A stretch of 64,000 bases of DNA from Rhodobacterales bacterium (GTDB taxonomy: Bacteria > Pseudomonadota > Alphaproteobacteria > Rhodobacterales > CAZPXZ01): assembly GCA_965219495.1 (NCBI GenBank), contig OZ244777.1, positions 4,150,419-4,214,418 on the forward strand. Direction: 5' to 3'. The notes under the pieces are model-generated. The model was given only the letters and a program-made list of their open reading frames with translations, searched no databases and was not told the origin of the DNA. The translations under genes were made by a program, and so were the position numbers. This document shows positions 21,787 through 30,061 of the stretch, in pieces. Positions within the stretch are counted from its first letter, which is position 1; every line of letters starts with the position of its first letter.

Positions 21787-24293
21787 CTGCCCATTAGTCA
21801 GTTTTTAACTGGACGTATCCAATTGTACAGCGGGCTTTCCTCGCCATTCTTGATCAGGCGCTCCATTGCCTGCGTCGCGACAGCCAGGCGGGTGTAGCCT
21901 TCCCAGATCACCTGATGACCGGGTGGTGCGTCATGCTTCCGGTTGAGGTAGCCGCCCAGCCGCGCGATCAGCAGGATCGCGCAGCCAAGCGACAGCGGTG
22001 GAACCTCCCGGCCTTTGGCAACCGCCGTTGGAGCGCGGTCGCCGGGTTGCGCGGCAGTCGAGGGAAGAGCAATCCCGCGTTCGATCGCAAAATCGCACAA
22101 CACCGCGATTTCAACCTTCGAGAACATGGTTTCGGCAAGCAGTTCCGGGGTCTCGCGCCCGAGCAGGGTCAGCGCGGCCAGCCGGTAGGCGATGATCGCG
22201 TTGATGGTGACCGCGCGCTTGATCCGTTCCGCTGTCGTATGGGCAATCTTCTCGACATCGCAACCGCTCTTGAGGATCCGGTGATAGTCCTCGATGCGCC
22301 AGCGAAGGCCATACAGATCCACCACCTCCCGGGCCTGTTGGTCGGTCGTCACCGACACGGTGGTGATCAAGAGCCATTCGATCCCCTCCGCGCCTTTCGG
22401 CGGTTCCGCCTCGTGCACATGGACCACCGACAGCGGCGCCGGCGCCGCGCCAAGGCGCGCTTTCTGTTTCGCCGGCATCGGCATCTCGATGCGCTCCCAG
22501 CGCAGCGCGACGCGCGCCAGGCGCGCCTCGCGGCCCGCGAACGCTTTCTGACCGCGCGCCGCCTTGCGCGCAGAGGCCCGGTCAACCTTGACCTCCAGCG
22601 CCGCCCGAACCGGCGTCGCACGCATCGTCGCGAACAGCTTGCCGCCATCGCCGAGAACACGGTCGTGCTTCGCCCGCACGAGCAGCGCCGCGCCACCCTC
22701 ATCGCGATGCGCCGCGAACAGTTCAGCCAAGTCACCCTCGCGATCCATGACCGAAATCACCCGCGTATCCGCGAGATCCGCCACCAGCGCATTGGTGTCG
22801 CGCCAGCCCCGCAGCCAGCGCTGCGTCTTCTTCTCCGCCGCCGGCTTGTTCTTGTCCGACTTCCCGTCCGGGGCATCGAATTCGATGCGCGGGATGCCGA
22901 GCGGCACCCCCTCCGCGTTCACTGCAAAGGTCGTGTGCATATGCAGCCCCAACGTGCCCGAAGCCCCCTTGTTCTTCGAGATCACCCCGAGACCCGAACA
23001 GCCATGATGGGTCGCGAAGTTCAGGTCGCTGCCGTCCTGGATGCAAAGCACCGTCGGGTGTCCCCGCATGCGACGCAGCGTCCGCCCCCGGTGCGTCGCC
23101 AGCATCGCCTCCGGCGTCAACGCCGACTCGTCAGGCCGCTCGATCATTCGATAATATCCCTGCACCGCCGCCGCATCGCCACAGGCGGCGGAAAAGAACG
23201 TCTTCGCCGGCGCCGCCGCCTGGATTGCGGCGCTTTTCACCAGCCGCTTGCACAGCGCCGCATTGCCGACCGGCGCAGCGCCGAATTCATTTGCCGCCCA
23301 GTTCTCCCGGTCCAGCCCGTCACCCGGGCCAAGTACCCGCGGGGTCGGCCGCGGCGGCGCAGCGCCCAGCCCGGCAACCCCCAACTGCCGTCGCCAGTTC
23401 CGGGCCAGCGGGTACATGTAGATCGCCTTCGCCGGCACGCGGGCGCCCGCCGCAGCGCGCCGGCCGCGGCCCGCCGTCTCGCCGACATAGGTCCAGTTCG
23501 CCGCCCGCAGGCTGACCCCGCTCTGTCCCGGCCCGACAAAGGTCTCGACCAGAAGCGGTGCGACACCATAGCGCGCCGCGTAGTCACCGGCCATCGCACG
23601 CAGGCACAGGCTGAGCGCCTTCGAGGCCAGGTTCCGGCACCCGGTCCCGGGACGGACAAGAAAACGTGACAGCCCCACTACCCGGTCAAGATGCGCCTCG
23701 CGGCGGCCCGCGTCCCATCCGATCCAGCGGTCGCGCGGCTGCAGCGCCAGCGCCGAGGCGGCGAACAGGCAGCCGCCGAGCCAGCCGTGCTCCGAGCCGA
23801 TCAGATACCGAAGCTGCCGCCCCACATGCACAACCGCCCCCTGCGGATGTTCCCGCCGCATCATCTCGTTGAACCGGCGCCGATCCGCTTCCTCATCGAC
23901 CCGCAGCGCCACAAGACCGTCGATCCGGTCGACACGATCCGGAACATCGACCGCCGCCGGAACCGGCTCGGCCAAGCCTTGCGCCGTCCGCCCGACACCG
24001 GAACCGGGACCTGGCGGCGGCAGCACAATACCCCCCGCACGCTCAAGCTCCCGCAGCGCCGACAGGCATCCCGCCTCCTGCAGCCGGCCACGCGGATCGC
24101 GGAAATCGAAACGCGCGCAAACCTCGCGCACCAAAGCCGAGCGACCGGAAAACACATCCGGCGCCGGAAGCGCCGCCAATGTCTCCCGTCCTGCTTCCGA
24201 AAACAGGGTGCGGCGAATCAAATTCTGTGCAAGCATGCACCCTGATAACAGGTGAATTAAAAAAAGTCCAGCAGCAAAAAGCGCAATGGGCAG
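21787..24293 (-). mobile_element. IS4-family element, copy 1 (2507 bp)
   Basis: Terminal CTGCCCATT / AATGGGCAG; 8-bp flanks GGCGCGGC / GCCGCGGC (1 mismatch). Confidence 0.92.
21798..24236 (-). CDS. DUF4338 (DruA-like)-IS4 (Tn5/IS50-like) transposase fusion, 812 aa
   Basis: N-terminal RDRWIGW..SRFLV..NLAS..LLVETFV..AANWTYVGET; C-terminal IQDGSDL, VMDREGD, YGLRWRIEDYHRILKSGC, ARLGGYL...PG..VIWEG; start MLAQNL lies inside the IR. Confidence 0.88.
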   Translation of the reverse strand: MLAQNLIRRTLFSEAGRETLAALPAPDVFSGRSALVREVCARFDFRDPRGRLQEAGCLSALRELERAGGIVLPPPGPGSGVGRTAQGLAEPVPAAVDVPDRVDRIDGLVALRVDEEADRRRFNEMMRREHPQGAVVHVGRQLRYLIGSEHGWLGGCLFAASALALQPRDRWIGWDAGRREAHLDRVVGLSRFLVRPGTGCRNLASKALSLCLRAMAGDYAARYGVAPLLVETFVGPGQSGVSLRAANWTYVGETAGRGRRAAAGARVPAKAIYMYPLARNWRRQLGVAGLGAAPPRPTPRVLGPGDGLDRENWAANEFGAAPVGNAALCKRLVKSAAIQAAAPAKTFFSAACGDAAAVQGYYRMIERPDESALTPEAMLATHRGRTLRRMRGHPTVLCIQDGSDLNFATHHGCSGLGVISKNKGASGTLGLHMHTTFAVNAEGVPLGIPRIEFDAPDGKSDKNKPAAEKKTQRWLRGWRDTNALVADLADTRVISVMDREGDLAELFAAHRDEGGAALLVRAKHDRVLGDGGKLFATMRATPVRAALEVKVDRASARKAARGQKAFAGREARLARVALRWERIEMPMPAKQKARLGAAPAPLSVVHVHEAEPPKGAEGIEWLLITTVSVTTDQQAREVVDLYGLRWRIEDYHRILKSGCDVEKIAHTTAERIKRAVTINAIIAYRLAALTLLGRETPELLAETMFSKVEIAVLCDFAIERGIALPSTAAQPGDRAPTAVAKGREVPPLSLGCAILLIARLGGYLNRKHDAPPGHQVIWEGYTRLAVATQAMERLIKNGEESPLYNWIRPVKN

Positions 24294-24781
24294 GCCGCGG
24301 CGCCGGTTCGAGAGGCTCCGGGAAAAGCTGCGCGACGAGGAAGACGGCGTCGAGCGGATCGTGCGGGCGCTCCGCCATCTGGCCAGCAAACATCCGCGCC
24401 GGAAAGCCATCGCCCGGGAACTGGCCTTCTTCCGCAAGAACCGGCAACGCATGCGCTACGCCGCGTTCCAGAACCGGAAGCTGCCGATCGGCTCGGGGGT
24501 GGTCGAGGCTGCCAACAAGGTTCTCGTGACCCAGCGGCTTAAATGCTCCGGGATGCGCTGGAAGCTCGACGGAACCGGCCAATATGTTCTGAGCGTGCGG
24601 GCCTTATGGAAATCCCACCGATTTGAAGCGGCCTGGAGCGAAATCATCACCGCCCTGGAGCCTCCGGAATTCACGTTTCAAAATCGCAATAATGTCGTAA
24701 TAGCTGAAGTATTGCACTAAGCGCGCCCTTCAACTATTTACTCCATAGAAAATTTTCTCCCCCTCTGTATGCGCTTCACCT

Positions 24782-25810
24782 TTAGCTGACAGCTCTAATC
24801 GTATGCTTGATTAGGTTGGGTCGGTCGGAAAATGAAATCATCATCCCTCCTTGAAAGGTAAGCCAGTCTGGCTGGGAAGATTCCGCTTGTTCCGGCGCGC
24901 ACGCGACTCCCAGTGTGAGCTGGAAGATGTCGACGTCCGGAGGTGCGATCGAACTTTCGGTCAACAGTTTCTCGTACAGGTACAGCGCAGTCTCGATTAC
25001 GATGAGGTGCGCGTATGGGATTCCAAACATGGTGACGGCGTTGAGAATGTGAGGTGCTGGGTTCGTGGCTGCCTTGGAAGGCTGTTCACCCTCGACTGTG
25101 GCCAGACGGCCGACATTGATTGAATGGGCGCCCTCGTAGTTCACGACGGTCCGAATTATTTCCTTGAGGGAAATCCCCTTCCCATCAAACAAAACGACCT
25201 GCTGGCCTAGCCAGTCGTCGCAACTCAAACTGGAGTGCGCTCTTGACTGGAACAGTTGGTCGGAACCGATCAGCCAAGGTTCCTCTTCGGATGGTACTGC
25301 TGTCCAGTTTGCAGCTCCCGGTAGCGGCCATTCAAGGAGTATCGTCACCTCCTGGGGCCCGGCACGAAAACGATAGGTCTCCAAGGGTTCCCGCGTTTGG
25401 TCGTCTAGTCTCGTCATCACGAGGAGCCCCTCAGTGAGACGTAAGCCGATCTTCAGTTCTTTCCGCTTGTCCCGGGGGATTCTGCGCAATGGATCGAACC
25501 GCAAGTCCAGCGATGCTAGAACGCGATCGTCGAGCAACCGGGTCTCGCGCCTGCCGTGGTCTCCCAGGACGGCCTTACGGAGAAAGATCGAGCAAACCCG
25601 GGCAAATGAGCCCAATGCGGTTGCCCACCGACTCCCATCGTTCACGTCAAGCTGCCGTCCCCTTAACCCGTCGATTGCTAGCTGCACGTCGGAGATTGCG
25701 TCGGTGATCCGTGCGGTCTTCTCCTTGGCTATGCCTCCGATGAGACTCCCGCTGGTAGGAACGAACTTCACGCCCTGTTCCTCGGTGCCCTTGCATTGAC
25801 CACTGTTCAT
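24782..25810 (-). CDS. Hypothetical protein (342 aa)
   Basis: Long ORF with coding-like composition; no family recognised; start uncertain. Confidence 0.65.
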   Translation of the reverse strand: MNSGQCKGTEEQGVKFVPTSGSLIGGIAKEKTARITDAISDVQLAIDGLRGRQLDVNDGSRWATALGSFARVCSIFLRKAVLGDHGRRETRLLDDRVLASLDLRFDPLRRIPRDKRKELKIGLRLTEGLLVMTRLDDQTREPLETYRFRAGPQEVTILLEWPLPGAANWTAVPSEEEPWLIGSDQLFQSRAHSSLSCDDWLGQQVVLFDGKGISLKEIIRTVVNYEGAHSINVGRLATVEGEQPSKAATNPAPHILNAVTMFGIPYAHLIVIETALYLYEKLLTESSIAPPDVDIFQLTLGVACAPEQAESSQPDWLTFQGGMMISFSDRPNLIKHTIRAVS

Positions 25811-26330
25811 GTTCCCTCCTCTACAGGACGTCGGCGCTAAGCGATGACGATCAATGACTGGTGCCGCTCAGTGTTACCGAAATGACGACCTGGAGGGTAG
25901 CCTCGAACACGATGGCATTTCGCGGTTGGAAGACGGAGCATTGACGAAGGGCGAGGCGACAGAGGACGCGACTCGCGAGGTTGTCAATGCGCTCAACGGA
26001 GACCGGGGTCGGCATGAGCTTGCGGGGAGTAGCCGAGGACCTGCATGGCACCGAGCGTGTGGCGGCGGTGTGGTACGCAGACAGCGGTGGGCAATTGCTA
26101 ACGCGGCGCGTGGTGCGGATGGCGCGGGCGCATGCCGAACGGGACTAGCGCGACATTGCGGCTGCACGGCGGGTGGACGTTTGACTAAGAGGTGTTCCCG
26201 GTTCTGCGGGTCCCGCTTCTTCGCGGCGGGAGATAGCCAAGCGCACGGTTGGTGGATGGGCGAGTGTCAACGACCGAGGCATACCGCGCGAATATCGCGC
26301 GAATTCGGGATGGTCGCCGAAATCATGCGG

Positions 26331-26352
26331 CTGACGTGACATGTCACGTCAG
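26331..26352. promoter_or_regulatory. Perfect 22-bp palindrome
   Basis: CTGACGTGACATGTCACGTCAG equals its own reverse complement. Confidence 0.5.
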
Positions 26353-26612
26353 GAAGTGGATCAACTCCAGTTACGGTATGATTACGGAAGCCGATGTGGA
26401 CAATCTACGAGGGCACGAAAGGAACTAGAGATACATGTAAAAACAACAGGTTAGGAGGATTCAGGCAGCTAGACGATAGTCGAATGATGCAGAAGTGTGT
26501 CGTAGATCGTGAGTCGTGTATTTCGGCGGTCCGGGTTCGGGGCAGGCTTCGTTTCGTTAGCCGCGGCCATTCCGGGCAAGCAAGTATGAACGCGGTTCGG
26601 GGCGGATCGATG

Positions 26613-27185
26613 TCAGCGCCAGGGGTCGATCAGGATCTCGTCGACCACAGAGATCGTGCCGTCGCGCCCGATCCTGAGCAGGAAGACCTCGCCCGAGGCG
26701 GGGATTCGGCCCGTGAGCGCTGTGATGTTCACCTGATGGGTAACCAGGATGACGGTTTTCCCCGGCGGCAGGCCGAGCAGGAATTGCCGGAGTTCGGCGG
26801 TCTGAGAGCTGGCCCGGTCCCGGTTCCGGAAGAACGAGTTCAGCGCGGGCAGGTCCGCGACCGGACCGATGTGGAGGAATCGGGCCGTGTCGCGGCAGCG
26901 GCACCATTGGCTGGTGACGACCCGGTCGACGGTCACGCCTGCGGCGCGGATCGCCGCCCCGATTTTTCGCGCCTGTTCCCGGCCTTGCCCATCAAGATTG
27001 CGCTGGGTAGTGCAATCGTCGAGCTTGAACGATGTGGGGTCTCCGGTCCCTGGCGCGAAGGCGTGGCGCAGGATGGCGCCGACGCCGGGCTCGGACAGGC
27101 GGGCAAAGCGCGCGTCCGCGGCTGTCGGCAACGGGGAGAGAAGGAAGGCCGCCACCAGGGCGGCGGCGAGAAGCAGGCGCGTCAT
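26613..27185 (-). CDS. Histidine phosphatase family protein with signal peptide
   Basis: MTRLLLAAALVAAF signal; LRHA..PG.GDP; QRNL; SQWCRCRDTA; LVTHQVNI. Confidence 0.9.
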   Translation of the reverse strand: MTRLLLAAALVAAFLLSPLPTAADARFARLSEPGVGAILRHAFAPGTGDPTSFKLDDCTTQRNLDGQGREQARKIGAAIRAAGVTVDRVVTSQWCRCRDTARFLHIGPVADLPALNSFFRNRDRASSQTAELRQFLLGLPPGKTVILVTHQVNITALTGRIPASGEVFLLRIGRDGTISVVDEILIDPWR

Positions 27186-27324
27186 CGGCGGCTGTGTGAG
27201 ACGGAGTGGCGATCGGGGCCGGCTGGACGAAACTAGCGCCCGGATTCGGAAGCTTCCAGTCATGTTGAGCATGCAATGCGCCGGTTGACGATGGCCGATG
27301 CCGGTCCTAAGCCGTGTCGGGTAG

Positions 27325-28410
27325 TCACGCGCGCTCGGACAGAAGGGCCAGGAGCGGGGGGTTGATGTAGAGGTTCTCGCGCCCAGCCTTGATTTCCTCG
27401 AGGAGGCCTTCGGCTGCGAGGGCTTTCAGATAGACGGCGGCCGTCTGGCGCTTGGCGATGTCCGCTTCGACCACGTCACTGATCCGGCAGTAGGGATTCA
27501 CGAAGATCAGTTCCGCCAGTTCGCGGGAGTAGATTTTCGGCATCCCCTGTCGAATTGCGGCGCCTGTCTCGTCGAGAAGCTCCCGGATCGCGCGGATTTT
27601 CGCCGTCGTCCATTCCGCCGTCGTTCTGACAGCCTCCAGAATGAAGAGTATCCATGCTTCCCAGTCCTGTCGGGTCGTCACCTCGAGCAGATACCGGTAG
27701 TAGAGCGCCTTGTTCCGGATGATGTGCCGGCTGAGATAAAGGACGGGAACGTCGAGCAGGCCTTTGTCGACGAGATAGAGCAGGTTCAGCACGCGTCCGG
27801 TCCGGCCGTTTCCGTCGACGAACGGATGGATCGCCTCGAACTGATAATGCATGACCGCAAGCCGGATCAGCGGGTCGATCTCCTCAGCCTCGTGAATGTA
27901 GCGCTCCCAATTGGCCAGTTTGCTCCGGAGAACGTCCTCTCCCTCCGGCGGCGTGTAGATGACCTGCTTGGTTGCATCGTTCACCAACGCCGTTCCCGGC
28001 GTGTTGCGAATGTCCAGCTCCACTCCCTTGATCGTTCGACAGACTTCGACCGCAATGGCGGTCGAAACCGGCCGTTGGTTCAGCATCTCGAATCCGCGGT
28101 GCAATGCGGTGCGGTAGCGCAGAGCTTCCCTGGTGGCAGGGTCGGCTCGACCCGTCGCGTCGTTGGCATAGCGGAACAGCCGGTCGGCCGTCGTCACGAT
28201 GTTCTCGATCTCGGAACTCGCCTGCGCTTCGAGCAGGGGGATCGAGTTGATCAGCATCGCCTGGTTCGGGATGAGATTCCCGGAGACGCGGAGCTCTACC
28301 AGTGCCGCGCGCGCGGCAATGCAACTCCGAAGAATGGCCTTGGTCTCGGTTTCCGAAGCCGGTGGCAGGTTCGGGAGGTCATTGAAGGGACGACCGGGAT
28401 CGAAGGTCAT
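27325..28410 (-). CDS. fic: Fic family protein adenylyltransferase
   Basis: HPFVDGNGRTGR; EAQASSEIEN inhibitory-type motif; start MTFDPGRPFNDLP. Confidence 0.93.
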   Translation of the reverse strand: MTFDPGRPFNDLPNLPPASETETKAILRSCIAARAALVELRVSGNLIPNQAMLINSIPLLEAQASSEIENIVTTADRLFRYANDATGRADPATREALRYRTALHRGFEMLNQRPVSTAIAVEVCRTIKGVELDIRNTPGTALVNDATKQVIYTPPEGEDVLRSKLANWERYIHEAEEIDPLIRLAVMHYQFEAIHPFVDGNGRTGRVLNLLYLVDKGLLDVPVLYLSRHIIRNKALYYRYLLEVTTRQDWEAWILFILEAVRTTAEWTTAKIRAIRELLDETGAAIRQGMPKIYSRELAELIFVNPYCRISDVVEADIAKRQTAAVYLKALAAEGLLEEIKAGRENLYINPPLLALLSERA

Positions 28411-28471
28411 GTCGATGTATCCAGCTCCTGTCGACACATTTTCCGAACATGTCGATTCCGTCGACATGTCA

Positions 28472-28514
28472 CCGCAACGTGTCGATGAAAAGAATATACA
28501 TCAACACGTTGCGG
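28472..28514. promoter_or_regulatory. Inverted repeat upstream of fic
   Basis: CCGCAACGTGTCGATG-N11-CATCAACACGTTGCGG (15/16 match). Confidence 0.5.
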
Positions 28515-28534
28515 TATGGCAAGCAGGGGGATGG

Positions 28535-28603
28535 GCAATGCCGCGCGCTGTCGATCGGGCGCTCCTCGCTCTACTACGAGCCGAAGGGGGCGAGGGCCGC
28601 GAG
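28535..28603 (+). mobile_element. IS3-family orfB scrap
   Basis: GQCRALSIGRSSLYYEPKG resembles the IS3 OrfB start (RQC.LL.I.RSS.YY.P). Confidence 0.5.
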
Positions 28604-28673
28604 TGTAAGAATGGCGCCAGCGGTTTGTGCTCGTTGGGAACTTGTGGAGTGAGGCGGAGTGAACGGGGGCGGG

Positions 28674-29897
28674 TCACGCAGCGTCGGCGACGCTTTCCGG
28701 CCCGGCCAAAAGCGCCTCGATCCGGTCGGCGACATTCTGCGCCGGTTCTCGGAGTTGGGAGACGGTCCAGTCGGCGGCATAGCCTTCGGTGACGTCGTTG
28801 GGGCGGGCATGGTTGACGAGGCGCTTGGTGAGGGAGGAGGGCAGCATCAGCTCGCGCTCGGCGACGGTAATGAAGCAGTTGCGCAGGCCGTGGAACCAGA
28901 ACTTGGCGCCGCCGGCCTTGCTGATGCGGTGGTAGAGGTGATGGATGTCCTGCACATGGCCGGTGGCGCTGGTGGGCGAGGGAAACACCCAGTCGCGAAT
29001 GCCGGCAGGCAGGTTGTCGGCCGCCAGCCGGCGGCGCTCGAGAATGGCCGCGAGTTGCCGGGTGATCGGAAGCTCCAGGGGCGCGCCGGTCTTGGTCTCC
29101 TCGACCCGGAAGGTGAGCGCTGCCAGGTCGACCCGCTCCCAGCGGAGTGTGAGCACCTCCTCGCGGCGCATGCCGGTGTAGAGCCCGAACCAGAGAGCGT
29201 CCCGGATCGCCGGGTTGTGCACCTCCGCCTCGATCCCGGCGCGCCAGCACGGCAGCACCTCTGCCGGGGCCGAAATCTTGCGCCTTGTCTTTCGGTGGAA
29301 CTTGCCGCCGCCGGCGAGCCAGAGATCGACCGGATTGCGCAGCCCGTCCAGGTCGACGCAGGGCCTGCGGTAGACCGAGCGCAGAAGCGACATCGCCCGG
29401 TTGGCTGCAGACCAGCCGTGGTCGGCCGTGATGCTGTTGAAACGGGTCTCGACATCCTTGCGCGCGATAGCGTCGAGCGGGCGGGTGAGCCAGTCGCCCA
29501 GATACCGCTTCGCCTCGTAGCGGTAGAGCTCGTTGGTGCGCTTCGAGCGGTTGGGATTGGCCGCCATATACTCTTCGAAGGTATCTCCGAGCGAGGGCAT
29601 GCTGCGCGCCTCGGCGCGTTCCTCCGCCGGATTGTCGCCGTCGGCGACCTTGCCGAGGATCTTCTGTGCCTGTCGCCGCGCCTGGTCGGCCGTCACCTTG
29701 CCGTAGCGGCCGATGACGACGCGCTTGTTGGGCGCCTTCCGGCCACCGTCGCCGGCACGGTAGTTGACGATGAAGGACTTGGCGCCGCCGGGATGGACAC
29801 GGATGCCGAAGCCCACGAGCTTGTCGTCCCATGCGATCCATGACGTATCGGTCGGCTCAAGCGCTTCGATGATCCGCTTGGTGAGTGTCGTGCGCAC
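28674..29897 (-). CDS. Tyrosine integrase with N-terminal arm-binding domain (P4-like)
   Basis: 407 aa; WDDKLVGFGIRV..G.KSF; TGMRREE; KTG; HGLR; LVNH; GY. Confidence 0.93.
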   Translation of the reverse strand: MRTTLTKRIIEALEPTDTSWIAWDDKLVGFGIRVHPGGAKSFIVNYRAGDGGRKAPNKRVVIGRYGKVTADQARRQAQKILGKVADGDNPAEERAEARSMPSLGDTFEEYMAANPNRSKRTNELYRYEAKRYLGDWLTRPLDAIARKDVETRFNSITADHGWSAANRAMSLLRSVYRRPCVDLDGLRNPVDLWLAGGGKFHRKTRRKISAPAEVLPCWRAGIEAEVHNPAIRDALWFGLYTGMRREEVLTLRWERVDLAALTFRVEETKTGAPLELPITRQLAAILERRRLAADNLPAGIRDWVFPSPTSATGHVQDIHHLYHRISKAGGAKFWFHGLRNCFITVAERELMLPSSLTKRLVNHARPNDVTEGYAADWTVSQLREPAQNVADRIEALLAGPESVADAA

Positions 29898-30061
29898 CTT
29901 CGCGGTACGTTTTCCGGTGTTCGTTGTGAGCGCTCAGTTTGATTGCTGGATGTATTTTCACGCTGTCTGATGGAATGAGGGCTGTTGGGGCCGATTTTGC
30001 GCGGTTTGGACGCCGGCGGTCTTGGGTTGCGGACGTTGTCCGTTGGATAGTTTGATTTTTC

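Larger units (their letters stand above)
20775..24720 (+). pseudogene. ISKra4-type transposase in two pieces (to ~21786 and from ~24302)
   Basis: SLDGVML, ILADGAADNW, ILDFWHAAQHL | IGSGVVEAANK..VTQRLKCSGMRW; removing the IS4 plus 8 bp restores MEARRRFERLR. Confidence 0.85.
20547..24763 (+). mobile_element. ISKra4-family element interrupted by an IS4 insertion
   Basis: Ends share ATGGAGTAAA within GGG-starting IRs; TCTGTA duplication at 20541-46 and 24764-69. Confidence 0.8.

Noticed and set aside
21915-23669. 584-aa plus-strand ORF (also 57057-58811 and similar antisense ORFs over IS66, ISNCY, LSR and STAND genes)
   Set aside because: Antisense shadows of high-GC coding genes
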